This document shows, piece after piece, positions 47,008-62,000 of a stretch of DNA of 64,000 nt; the first letter of the stretch is position 1, and each line of letters starts with the position of its first letter. The translations under genes were made by a program, and so were the position numbers. The stretch comes from Bugula neritina (taxonomy: Eukaryota > Animalia > Bryozoa), in NCBI GenBank assembly GCA_964035545.1, contig OZ037770.1:4682662-4746661 (forward strand). The letters are read 5' to 3'. The notes below the pieces were generated by a model, which did no database searches, was not told where the DNA came from, and was given only the letters and a program-made list of their open reading frames with translations.

Positions 47008-50000
47008 ATGGCAACAGCTGGTGAGTGAATTTAAATACTATTTTATACACTTATTTCTTGGAAAGTAGAAATGTTTAAACTCTGAAGATATGTTGATAAT
47101 ATGCCACCGCAATATAATACATCTATAAAACTATTTGATTATCACTACTCTCTATAGCACTGTTTTATGTCACCAATTAGCGTATTGCTTTGAGAATAGT
47201 AGAATAGATAATATTATGCAAGCAGTTGGGTTAGAGTTGTCTTATCTCAACACAATAAACACTGAACTATAAACCATACATTAATTGATTATTTAGAAAG
47301 AATATAAAGCTATCCGATAAAATATATGTTATGTTAGTCATTTTTATGATTACTGAAATCCACCATAATATATGACAGGTGTCAGAACGACATACATCAT
47401 CGGCTAGCACTGTGTAATAATCACACTGTCACTGTATGATGTTACAGAGAAGATGAGAATTTGGTTCAGACATTCTGGACAGCCTCCTGTAGACTGGTTA
47501 GATGTACTGTGTGCTGATACCAAGTCATATACTACTGCTGAGGTAAAACGTGAAGTTGGGAGTTACGATATCACAGATCTCCAACTGGAGAGAACAATTC
47601 CAAGTAACATTGGAGAGATTGCTGGTAAAGCCCTGTGTCTACATGTTTCTAACCTGACTGACGGAGCAAGTCTAGACAAGTGAGTGTCTATTAAAATAAT
47701 AGTGCAAATGTTAAACAAGTTCATTTGTGTTATTTATTAAATGATAATTGATAATATGTGGTGCTGAAGCATGTTTTTGCTCATAATATATTCATACAAT
47801 ATAATATACATAAAAATTAGAACATGTGCAACATTGCATGTAATCCAAATGAGCTTATAGCTGCAATAGCTAGGGAGTGTAAAACTGCCTGTACTGTTAT
47901 TCGATGTCATAGACTAAATCATATTTTATGTAAATATAGCTAAAATATGAGTAATGTACAGAATATGATATATTATACAAAAGACTATCTTATGTCATCA
48001 ACTGCAAATATACAATATGAAACATTACTTAATATATTAACTTACATAGCAATTTAGACTGAGGCCTTATGTACTATAAACTCACAGCTAACTTTGCAAA
48101 ATGAAGCTTCCTCTCCTCACCTACAACATAATATAACTGAAACTCTTTGCTGTTTTTGCAACAATGTATCTGTTTTCTGCATGTTTTTTTCGGTTAAATA
48201 CACAAGTAGCATGATATAATAGCATATATTATTTTAATATGGTAGACATAAATACATGACACACTTTATATTACAGTGTGTGTCAGCTGACTCAGTTAGA
48301 GAAACTAGACATAGGATGGAATCCTCTCAACACAGTACCAGAAGTTGTGTCATCACTTACATCACTCAAAGAGCTGGTTATGTGGAGCTGTGGTTTATCT
48401 ACTCTACCTGAGAGGTTTGTGTTTCACAATATTTCTTCTGTTTCAAACATCCAATATTGCACATCTTTAATGCTTCTCAAGTAGTGGTATGCTATGTTAT
48501 CATAATATATTGCCAACATATGTTAAAAACATAAGTATAAGCATTTTTTGAACTTATCTAATAGTTTGTCCTAACTTGGAAATAATACAGTTTTATGGTA
48601 TGCCATTGTATATTCTTATATCACAATTATTTTTTTAATTATAATAATAAAAGAGCCATCTGTAGTTTACTTGCGATCATGGAAATAACTGAATGCTTCT
48701 TAGCTTCTTGTCTTATTGACTTTGACTATCCATTACCAAAATGAATCTGTATTTTGCATGTTTTACCTGGTTGAGTGCACCAAATGAATATAATCTATAC
48801 AATATATATTATTATGATACAGTAGACTATATATATCCTATTTTTTATGATTATTACAGTCTATGATAATGAATAATATATGCTGAAGCTGAAGCATATT
48901 TTTGCTCATAATATATTCATACAATATAATATACATCAACATAGTAATATGTGCAACATTGTATGTAATCTAAATGAGATTATAGTTGTAGAAACTAGAG
49001 AAGCTGCCTCTACTGTTACTTGACAGTGTTGATTAAATCATGTTTTATGTATATATAGCTAAAAACTGAAGTAGTGTACAGTTTACAATATATTATACAA
49101 AAGACTATGTTATGTCATCAACTGCAAATGTACAATCTTAAACATTAGTTAATATATTAATTTACATAGCAATTTAGAGTGAGGCCTCATGTACTATAAA
49201 CTAACAGCTAACCTTGCATAATGAAGTTTCCTCTCCTCACCTACAACATAATATAACTGAAACTCTTTGCTGTTTTTTGCAACAATATATCTGTTTCCTG
49301 CATCTTTTATGTTGAATACACAAGTAGTCCGATATAATGGTATATATTATTTTGATATATGGTAGGCATAAATACATGACACACTTTATATCATGTTACA
49401 AAACCTAAATATGCATATTTTTTGAAGTTATCTAATAGCTTGTCCTAACGTGTAAATAATACAGTTTAATGGCATGCCATTGTATATCCTTATATCACAG
49501 AACTTTTGATAATCAATAATAAAACAGCCATCTGCGGTTTACTGGCAATCATGGTAATAATCGAATCTTTCTTAGCTTCTTGCATCAATCACTTTGATTA
49601 TCCATTACCGCAATGAATTTGTTTTCTGCATTTTTTACCTGGTGGACCGTGCTTAGCAATATTATATGACGTAACATGAACCTCCCCAACTCTGACAAAA
49701 TAAGACCAGCTAAAGCCACCTTTAATTCTGAGATGAATAAAAATGATTATATGTATAGATACAACACCCGGGAAAATAAAGCATCTACATTTTGTACACC
49801 AGACCTATCTCCTGAAGAGCGTGACCGTGACTATAAACTTAGAAAACTGAGGGACGAATTAAAAGCAACTCACTCAGACAAAATGTTTCAAGTAAGAAGT
49901 TTGCCCATGACTCTGATACTATTGCTTCAGAATCTCTCTGGGACCCCAGCAAGACTAACACCACAACTGATAAAAACACAGCTGGACATTAAATATATAC

Positions 50001-53000
50001 AAGTCATACTTACCACTCTACTGCTAACTAACCTGTCCAACTCAACTATCATGGCAGAACAAAAAGAGTTTAAAGTAATATCTTGGATTTGCAATGGTAT
50101 CAGGGGTAAAATACATGAACTTTCCATGCTATTAGATCAGCAATCGCCAGATATCTTTTGCTAATGTGAAACAAAACTAGATTCATCAGTTTCTGCTAAT
50201 GAGTTAAACAGAGACTACACCCTGTACCGGCGTGATCGAACTGACGGACTAGGACGTGGAGGTGGAGTCCTTATAGGCCTATCCAATGAATGTCCCTTTG
50301 TTGTTAGTAGAATCAATGTCTCACACCCTGGGGAAATCATTGCCCTTGATTTATCAATCTGTGGATACTCTTTCACTATTGCATGCTATTACCGTAGGCC
50401 CTGTATAAAACAAGTAGAAGATATAGTAAATTGGTATTATGATCAAACCAATCCGAACATTGTTATGGTTTGGGATTTTAACCTACCTGACATTGGCTGG
50501 AATGATAGTAACAGGCCTGTACTTAAAACAACAAGAGAAACTAACTTGCATCAATTGTTCGTAGATTTTATAATTTCGAATAATCTTTCTCAGGCTATCA
50601 ATAAACCTACTCACGACAAAGGTAATACGCTTGATCTAATTGTTACAAATGTAACTACCACTAACCCCTGAGTTGAGTCATCCTGCTCTGACCATTTTAT
50701 TATCAATTTCAATGTGTTGGCGGATAATGTTATTCAAAGGACAGCATCTTTAACCAAACCAAAACCATATTGGCAGTTTGAAAAGGCAGACATAACGAAC
50801 ATCACCGTGGACTGTTACTCCCTACATTGTAAAATTACCTAAGAAATGTAGCGCTGAACAATTATGGCATAATCTCAAATCTGGAATACTTCAGGTAGCA
50901 CATTCTAATATCCCATACAAATTTAGAAAGAAAAAAAATCAGAACTCTGGATATCCCAAGAAACTGAAAGTGAGATCAGAAAAAGAAAACACCTCCACCT
51001 AGCTTGCCTTAATGATCGCACGCCGCACAACATTTTAAAACACGCTACCCAGTCCCGGTACTGCAAGAAATTGTGTAACAGGGACTATAATAATTATATA
51101 AACAAACACATATGCAATACATTAGAGCAGGGTGATTCAACACCTCTTTATCAGTTCATAGCAAATAAAAAGGGCAGCTCAAATACTGTACGCCAACTAG
51201 ACAACATCCCCCCTAACAACAATACTGCTATAGCTGAATCTTTTGCGGACTCCTTTGCTTCTGTGTTTTCTATTGATGATGGTAATATCCCTCCCTGCAT
51301 TCCACCTCAAACTATATCATCTCCTATACAATTTGATCCTCGGGGAGTCCTAACACAGCTCACCAAACTCGATCCACGAAAAGGTGCTGGCCCAGATGAG
51401 CTTTCTCCTGCACTTCTAAAATATCTTGCACATTATATATATGAGCCCCTGACAAAGGTTTTTCAGTACTTTTACGATACATCTCAGACACCACAAGACT
51501 GGAAAACAGCAAACATTGTACCGATCTTCAAGAAATGAAGTCGTACAGACCCGCTGAATTATAGGCCAATATCACTCACTTCTATCATATCCAAAATCTT
51601 CGAGCATATCGTATCACATAATATCAACTGTTTCCTCAAATCAAATGACCTGTTTTACCCACACCAACATGGTTTCAGGACAAATCATGGCTGCGATACT
51701 CAGTTGTTGAATACCGTGAGTGAATTTATAGATTTTTTCAACGAAATGATAGCGGTTGCCCTCGCTGTCTTAGATTTTTCAAAGGCCTTTGACGCTGTGC
51801 CGCACCAAAAACTACAGATAAACTGCTAAATATCGGAATAGCTGATAAAACTGTCAAATGGATTTTTTCATGGCTTCAGAGGCGTCTTCTTTCAGTCTGT
51901 GTCAACAACGTCAAATTGGCCACTAGACATGTGACCTCAGGAGTGCGCCAAGGCAGTGTTTTAGGACCATTGTTATTTAATGTGTACATAAATGACATGC
52001 ACTCTGCGGTAGCCAACAGCAAGCTTAAACTATATGCGGATGATTCCTTGTTGTACAAACCAATCACAACACCTGCTGATTCTAGTTTATTTCAGAATGA
52101 CTTAGACCATCTTATAACTTGGGCAGACAGTTCTCAGATGAAGTTCAATATAAATAATTGCGAGCATATGACAATTCAACGCTCCACTGCAAATCCTCTA
52201 GTGTCTCAATACAGCATGAATAATGACCCCTTACAATGTGTTGACAAAGTATTATACCTTGGTGTCACGATTGATAATAAACTGTCATTCGATCAACATA
52301 TAATAAACATTTGCTCAAAAGCTAATAAATTATTACACATGCTGATGCGCTGTCTAAAAAAGGCTAAAAGTAAAACCAGAGCCATAGCTTATGAAACAGT
52401 CTGTTGCCCTATACTAGAATCTGCGACCCACACCTGGTCTCTATTTAAATTGAAAAACATCAACATCATAGAAGGTATAAATAGAAAAGCCTTCAGGTGG
52501 AAATTCTGTAAGAGAAAACGAGATCATATAACTGAGCTCATCACAAACTCTAATTGGGATAGCCTTGCACTAAGACGTGACAATGCAGACCAAAAAATGT
52601 ACTTTTGTATGCTTTCTGGTAGTGCCGCTATAGACCAGGGCCGGTTCTCCCTTCATTTTGCAGAGTCTCACAATACTAGACATGGTGCTATTAAGGGCAA
52701 TATCCTTACCAAAACTGCCAAACATTCATATAAACATCGCATCCATAAACTTTTCTAATGATTCTAGCTGCTTTGCCTAACTGATTATAAGCACTTAACA
52801 CCGACTCTGCTTCGTAACATCTGAAGCAGTGCTGTGTATATTTATTTATTTATTTACTTTTTTTTTCTCTCCTGGCAGTAGCTAGCTATTGAGCTTTGAA
52901 TCAAAGCATAATTAACTATATTCTTATCTCGTAGACAAAATGGTTTTCTTCCCTGCTACTGATAATCTAAACAATTGTTCATACACCACTGCATCTCGAT

Positions 53001-56000
53001 AAAGGAGCCAAAGCGCTCCGAGTGAGATTAATTAGATGAGATGAGATGAGATGAGATGAGATGACGTTCCATTGCTGGAATTATTGTGTTTTCTGCACTT
53101 TTACCTGGCTGACTGTGCTTAAGCAATATAGTCTATACAGTGTATAGTATTATCACACAGTAGACTACATATATCTCACCCTTTATGATTATACAGTCTA
53201 TGTCAGCTGACTCAGTTAGAGAACCTATACATAGCAGGGAATCCTTTCAACACAGTACCAAAAGTTGTGTCATCACTCACATCACTTGAGGAGTTGGATA
53301 TGAGGATCTGTAAATTATCTGCTCTACCTGAGAGGTTTGTGGAGTCTTTTATTATTTCGATCATTCAATAATTCACATTTTGATATAATGCTTACCAAGT
53401 ATTGCTAAATAGTGTATCCTTATGTACCGTTAAAAAGCATAAAGCTATAAATTGTAATTTGCTTGAGATTTTATTATATTATAGTTTCTAGAAACTTGAA
53501 AATAAACATGTTTTAATCATTTGGCATTACATACTCTAATGGTATAAACCTTGGTTAACAAATAATGTAAACTATCAGCCCTGGTTTGTAAACAGGCTCA
53601 TTGTGGTCTTCAGTCTCTACTGATGTTTTATTGGTAAAACTGTCGTGAAAACTACAATTAATGAAATAGTGAATATGCCATAATGAATGATAATATGTGA
53701 TAAAACTTTCATCAGTGATAATTTGACACTAACTAATAAGCTTCAAGTAAAGAACAAGTCTTGCTATAAAAATCAATATACACCATCTAAATTATTAAAA
53801 TTGATATTAAAAAAGATAATACAAATGCCATAAATGATTGTCAAAAATACTACAATAACAATAATTACCTTGTTAGACCATCCGGGAATGAAGCTTATAA
53901 CTTTGATGTTAATGCAGTAGGTATTTATTCTCTACTTTGATAATATTGATTTAAATGGAACAAAATATTTAACATAACAAGTGAAAAGTTACTCAGCAGG
54001 TTATGCTACATGTTAGCTGACTGAAAGTGTAGCATAGAATGAGAGCTGAGAGTAAAATATTCTTTAATGAATTAATCATTTCAGGAAGCTGATGGTGTAA
54101 AAAACTATTTATATAACTTAGTCATAGTAAAATTATACACATGAGGAAATCATGTTGACTGTCGTGTGCAAAATTGTCACAGCCATAAAAGCAAAACAGC
54201 TACATATACATGACTAAGCAATGGTTTTTCTAATTATAGGCACGTTGGTTAACTTTGTTTGTTTTGATGAGAGCAAGAAATTTTACTGGCATTCCAATTA
54301 ATTACAAATAATATATAGCACCAACTTCTAGTTTACTAGAATCTATTTCAATCATTCAATAATTCACATTTTGATATAATGCTTACCAAGTATTGCTAAA
54401 TAGTGTATCATTGTGTACCATTTAAAAGCATAAAGCTATAAATTGTAACTTTGCTTGAGATTATATTAAAGTTTTACGAAACTTGAAAATAAACATGTGT
54501 TAATCATTTGGCATTATATACTCTAACGGTATAAACCTTCCTTAACAAATAATATAGCACCCACTTGTAGTTTACTATAGTATCTATTTCCCATTAAATG
54601 CTTATTAGCTTTCTGTATTTCACTTTGAATACGCATTGTCAGAATAAATTTGTTTCTTGGATATTTTACCTGATTGGATATACAAGTAGTATAATATACA
54701 GTATATATTATTATCCTGATACAGTGGATTACATATATTATGTACCTTTTATTACAGTTTATGTGAGCTGACTCAGTTAGAGAAACTACACATAGCAGGG
54801 AATCCTCTCAACACAGTACCAGAAGTTGTGTCATCACTCACATCACTTGAAGAGTTAGATATGAGAATGTGTGAATTATCTAATCTACCTGAGAGGTTTG
54901 TGGAGTATTTAATTGTTTCAAGCATTCAATAATTCACTATTTGATATAATGCTTACCAAGTATTGCTAAATCGTCTATCATTATGTACAGTTAAAATGTA
55001 TAAAGCTATAAATTGTAATTTGCTTGAGAATATATTGTATTAAAAATTCACGAAACTTGAAAATAACCATGTTTTAATCATTTGGCATTACATACTCTAA
55101 TGCGGTATAAACCTTGGTTAACAAATAATATAGCACCCACTTGTACTTTACTAGTATCTATTTCCCATTAATAGTTTATTAGCTTTCTGTATTTTACTTT
55201 GAATACGCATTGTCAGAATAAATTTGTTTCTTGGATATTTCACCTGATTGGATATACAAGTAGTATAATATACAGTATATAATATTATCCTGATAGAGTT
55301 TATTACATATATTATGTACCTTTTATTACAGTCTATGTCAGCTGACTCAGTTAGAGAAACTAGACATAGAAGGGAATCCTCTCAACACAGTACCAGAAGT
55401 TGTGTCATCACTCACATCACTTAAAGAGTTGAATATGCAGAGCTGTGAAATATCTACTCTACCTGAGAGGTTTGTGTGTCACAATAAGTTTTATATATCA
55501 CTTTTAACATTCAATAACTATTATTTCATAGCCATATTTCAACACAGTAAATACTACATTAAGATGCAAACCTACATATGAATCTCACCGTTTCTGGGGA
55601 TATTGTCAATTAACACACTATAATCTATAGAAGTTTCCTCGACTTCACAAATTATTTTATAGTATTTCAATATCTTTTTTGAAATGCTTACCATGATAGG
55701 TTGACTAGGCTTTTTTTCAGAAATCGTTTTAATAACTCTTTTCAATATATTTTAACTATAGCCACTTTTGTACACAAAATTAGTTTTTATTATTTTATTA
55801 TAATAACATATTATCTCATTATTTTCAAATTAGTCAGAAAACCACTTCCTTATATTTTTAATGACATCATGTATGACATACTTGACTCAATCAACTGTAT
55901 TGTGTAAGGCTCATTAGTAACAATGCACAGTGGATTATAATATGGTATGTTTTACTTGAATAATTCAAGTTTGAGGTACAATTATTTCGACATGAAAGAT

Positions 56001-59000
56001 CTGACATTATATTTTTAACCTAAGAAGAGAAAACAAATCATATATTGCCACCTTGTTTTTTGCATGCTCTACTTTAGTTGTCTATTTCAACTCTCACTTT
56101 ACTAGAAGCCAATTTTTATTCTATTCCTGTTCTCAAATAACCCATGAATATATTTCTTTATATTTACTTTACATTTATAAGTTACTAATTAACTGCCCTT
56201 TAGAAGTGTAACATGTTCCTTGCGAGACTATGACTTTCCAGAGTTGTATTCTCTCTTAGTGAAATAATTCACAACTTCTACTTCCTGTCTAAAAATATGC
56301 TGCATTTATTAGAATACTTAGTGGGAAGTTGTGTCAGAAGTATTTTTTTTTTTATTGAAACTACTTTAATGCCTTGTGTAGGTGTTTCAGAGCTGTACTG
56401 TGTTCCTATTTGATGATAAATTACATGTATTATGGCACATAAAACAATATTCCTTATAATTATAACATCCATATAGTAGAATATCAGTGTGAACAGTTAC
56501 TCAGTGATCAGAAGTGTCAGAAGTATTTTATTTTTACTTCACATTACTTTAATGCCTTATGCAGCTGCCACAAAGCTGTAGCCTACCATGTTCCTATTTG
56601 CTGATAACTGTATTATGCATATGGCACATACTAGGAATTTTGTACTCTGTACTATAAAATATTATTCCTTCTAATAGAATACTTGTGTGAACAGTTACTC
56701 AGTGATCTGCCATATAAATGAAGATTTCTGTATGATAGTATTCTGTCTAGGGTGTGTTTTTATGACAGTTCTTAGTACGAATGTAGCACTTTTCTTACCA
56801 AATATACTTATAATTATGCTGTTATATATATATATCTCTATGAAATACTTGAAACTTTATGCATCGTATATATATATAACATGGTACCCGTACATAATTG
56901 TAACTTAGACATACTTGTTTCTTTCCTTAATTAATGTACTAATTCAAGGTATTGTATATAAACTTGTTATAGTAACTGCAACTTAGTACTATATTATGTG
57001 TAATTATTGTTATACTAATATTGGGTATCTTTATGAAAACTATTATATCAATTACCTGTATAGTTAGGTCTAATAATAGAAATATTATATATTATTAGAA
57101 TACAGAGATTAAAGAAGTTACAGAAACTCAACATTTCAACGAATAACCTCACCACTCTCCCATCTTTAGTGTGTGCATTGAGTAATCTGTACACACTGAA
57201 TTTATCTGGCAACAAATCCATGACATCCTTGAACCCTGAGATACTACAGCTAACACATCTTGGGTTCTTCTATACATCTGGATGTGATGCTCTTACATCT
57301 CCTCCACTAGAAGTCTGTGAAAGAGGACTGGATGCTGTGCGACAATACTACACAGATTTGGCTAAAGGTGCTGGTAGAAATCTTCCAGTTGCGACAATAG
57401 TCATGCTGGGGAACACAATGGCAGGAAAAACCAGTTTGATCAGAACATTACAGAGCACTGACAAGAAGAGAGTTTTAACTGACCGAAGTCCTAATGCAGA
57501 GTATGATGAGACCACAAAAGTTTTCAATGTGGAAGAGGTGGAGGTGAATGGTACAACTCTTCGTCTCATAGATATGGGAGGCCAGGAGGTCTACCATATC
57601 ACATACAATTTAACACTGAGACAAAATTGTGTACCAGTAATTGTAGTCAACATGGAGCAGTATGATCAGATTTCGAAAATGTCTACAGACAGAGAGGCTG
57701 TGAGAAAGTTGGCCTTTGACTTCATGTCTCACCTCTATCTCGCTCATCCATTTCTTGGCCCACCTAAGCTTGTCTTCACACACAAAGATAAGTTTCGGAG
57801 TGAAGTTTTTCAACAGCTTCGAAGAAATTTCCTTAAAGTGTCTGAGCAGTTTTGCAAAAATATTCTTGAAGAAGAGAAAGGTTTAGAAGGTGACTTTGCT
57901 CGAATTCAACATTTCACTCAATCAAACGGAAAAGTGTTCTCCGACGACAACATATATGAAGTTGGAAAATTTGACGAGTACAAGATATTTGAATCGATTA
58001 AAAAATCTCTTCTTCAAAGTTGCCGACACTTTATCAAACCCCTTCCAAAAGTCTGGGAGGATGTCAACACAAAAGTGTTGTCCTTGCAGTCCGCACACAA
58101 TACCTTTGATGAAATCCTGGCAGAGATGAAGAAAGAACGGAATGATATTGATAGAAACCAATTGGATACCATCATCATGTACATGCATGATTGTGGAAAA
58201 GTTCTCTGGTATAAGAATGTTGATGCACTCAGGCCATACATATTTCACAAGATTACAGAAGTTACCAAACTGCTGTGTGTCTTGTATCACCATGATCCAA
58301 ACATCTGGCAGAGCAGAGTAGATCAGTTCAAACCATATTTTTCAAGAGGAGTGAGAATTGAGAAGCAGGACTTTGAAGAGTCTGTGAACTACTTCCAAGC
58401 AACTGGCCTAATGATGCAATCCCTTCTTGAATATCTGATAGCTCAGGAAACTTTATTTAGAAATCCGGGTGATGTTGAAATTGGGCTTTGTTTGCTCAGC
58501 ACGTTCCGTTTGTTGTATGGCCCTAGGAATGATGAATCCTATGATTCCTACTTCATAATCCCTCAGTTTGCCAAAGAATCTTACAGCCTCTCCTACACTC
58601 AACAAAAGGAGTTACTGCTTCATACTGAGACTCAGTTTAATGGTCTGGCATTACCGCAGCATGTCTACCATCAAATGACTGTTGGTTTGTTAGAGATGTT
58701 TTCTAAAGAGTTTGCTACAATGCAAGTGGAGAGGAATGGTGCTAACGTCTACCAAGATGAAATATACACACAACTGGTACACGATTACGCATTGAGAAGA
58801 GTTTTACTCTACGTTTCATCTGATGCGTCCAACATTTCCAGAATGTGGGAGAATCTCATTTCGGTCAACAACAACATCCTCAGACATGTTATGGAGACTT
58901 GGACTGCTAGTCGACCAGTCACTGCCTGCATTTGTGCTCACTGCTTGCTACTTGGGGTTTCCTGTCCTAAAAAACTCTTTCACTCCAAATGGTGTCTTCG

Positions 59001-62000
59001 ATCCTTAAAAAACCTGCTGCCACCTAATGTCAAGAAGTGTGGTGGAGCTTCAAAGATGTTATGTAATGGAGAGGAGGTCCCTAGCGCTTTAATCCACCCA
59101 TGTATGTTCACTCATAAAATTGAATTTCAACAGAAATATTTTCAATAATTGTTTCAACAAATAAATATTTACTACTTTGTGTTGCAAAAAAACTTTTAGT
59201 AAAAATTTTGAGCAATTAGTTGAATATTTTGTCTTAATTATAAAATCGCAACTTAAAAGCATGAGCTCCTATTCACATGTCATTATCTCGTAATTTAAAT
59301 TATTTAAGGTTTAGTAATACAAATCTTGTTTGTTCTATTCAGGTGAGAAATTGTCAGAAACAGAATCAAATAAGTTGAAAAAGCTAGTTGCTGAGCTCAA
59401 ACTGCGAGGAGATCAGAACAATTCAACTGGTAAATTTTTTTAGACAGAACTTGATGTGGGTCATTTTACTTAATTTAGTACAGGAGTATGACCTGTGTCA
59501 TGAACACACCTAAATAATCAAACCTCCTCCTAATTTTGCTTGATTTCCCATGTTTTTTCCTAATTATTCAGCTACTTTTGACTGCAGACTGTCATGAAAA
59601 AACCATATTTCTCTGAAATCAAAAGTAGCTGAATAATTAGGAAAAAATATGGGAAATCAAGCAAAATTTAGAAGAACCTTGATTTTTTAGGTGTGTTCAT
59701 TTAAGCTTTACTACTTTTGGGCAAAACTGATGTTCATTAGCAGCTAAAATGTAAAAAAATAGCTAAAAACAGGTGTGTTCATCACTTTTGGGCAAAAACT
59801 TATGTTAATTAGCAGTTAAATTGTAAAAAATAGCTAAAAACTGGAGATTTCCAGTGTGTACTAAATTAAGTAAAATGACCTATGTGTACAGCCACCACTT
59901 GATAAAACTCCTTGTTTTGCAAAGCTGGCCATACATGTAGATATCTAAGAGCTTTTTTATGCATGCGTTCATTGTAATCCATTGCTTTTTGCTGCTAGTG
60001 GTTGAGAAAAATTTTAATTGTATGGCTTTTAAATGATGACAAAAATCAACTGTTCACATGACTGTCTAGAAATATTAGCTGATGATCTGAGTGATCTCTC
60101 TGAAGATGATGACAATCTGTACCTTGATGGAGAGAATGGGGAAGGCCTGAAGCTGATACAACTTGAATTGAAGCCAACCACCAACCCAAAGATAAAGCAG
60201 CTATTCTCAGATACTGACAAGGTGAATGTATATTCAGTTGATGAATATACGTCTATAGACTCTTTTTACTAGATAATCATGACTATAGTCGTTCAATTAC
60301 TTTTAGAAAAAGTTCAATCTGAACGCAATTTTTCCATTTACTTCAGTTAACTTTTAATTTTTAGCCATGTCTGTTTTTGGGCTGTGTCTGTTTGGTTAAG
60401 GTTTAATCTGTTGTCACACGGTTAGGAAATATTTGTAGTGTCGAGATTTCTGGCCCCTTTGATGTATTGATTTGTGCACCTGCATGCATGGTTGAATATT
60501 TTCTGCAACATATTCTGATTTTTTTGTGAAGAGTAGCAGTAGTATAAACGTTATTCCAAAAGATATTAAAGGTCAGATGTAAATAAAGACTAAAAGAGAG
60601 GTAGAGAGGTCCGTGGTGTCCTTAAGAAATAAACTGGATGTAGTGTTAAGATCGCCTATAAGTCTCTGTGGAATAATCTCAGTGGGACAAAATTGTTTTT
60701 CGCCTGGAACCTTAAACTTTTCTGTACCTTCGCCATAATTTGCTATTGCATTCTATGGTATCTTTAAAGTTAGTAAATACTTTGTTGAAGAGGTTTGGCT
60801 TTTGAAGTTTAGTTCACATATAATGGTTTAAATGTCAAAATTGATGATATCTTGTCAGTATGGCCATGCATTGTCATTATTTACTTCCATAGCTTTACCA
60901 ATTTATATACTTGATTTAGAAAAATGTAGGATTAATTACAAGCTATTATCAACAAATCAGAATTAATATACTTGTAGCCTGCTATTGTTTTTTAAACCAT
61001 ACCTCAATGATATTTTTTTATGCTTAACCGACTACCAAATGCAATGAACTATTTCGTTAGTAAAATTATCATTCGGTCTGATACATTAAAATTAATTTTA
61101 TTCTAGTTTATGCTACCCAATTGGCTAATAAAATAAAATCTAAAATACAAAAAGCAATTGAGATATAAAATGTTTTTTTTTCAAAAGTATGTAATTTGAC
61201 TGGTTTTTTACAAGACTTAAAAATTTAAGACTTGTTTGGAGTTTGTGAATTACTACTGTATGCAATGCTTTAAGCATATTTGTATCCAGGTGCTCAGTAT
61301 GACCAGAGAGAGAGGAAGAGCTCTGATAATAAACAACAAAAATTTTGTTGAAAGACCAGACTTATGCAGGGAAGGTTCAGATGCTGATGTTGAGAACGTG
61401 TCTGTCATGTTGAAATCTCTCAAGTTTGATGTTGAGACAAACACAGACCTAAAGGCAGAGGTATGTTGTTATGGTGAAAACAATGCGAGCACTATTTAAC
61501 CATCACACTTGAAAGTTGACCCAATGATGGACTGTAATTGTTCAGTTTATCAATGCCTAAAAATTAGGACTATATAAAAACCATAAGCATGTTTGCGGGT
61601 TACAATTTTGTTTTTTGCAGGTTGGATAATTGTTATTTTATTCAGTTTTCATAACTTTGTATCAGTTATTAAACATAGTTATTTTCATATTGGTAGGAAA
61701 TGATGTCTGCTGTGAAGTCTGAGATAAGAATAGAGAAAAACAATGGCTTGGGCTGTCAAATACTGGTTATTATGACGCATGGTGGAGAAGATAACTGCAT
61801 CTATGGAACTGACCTTGAGCAGGTCAACCTTACAGACTTCTATGATTTTCTCGCTCCTCTGAGTCTGAAGCCTAAACCTACAGTTGTCATCCTACAAGCT
61901 TGCAGTGGAGGTAATTACATTTTTGTATAGAAAACTTTCATTTTTAGTCAAGTAGTGAAAATAATACAGAGACCCTTGAAAAGTTTTTTCTGTACTGATC

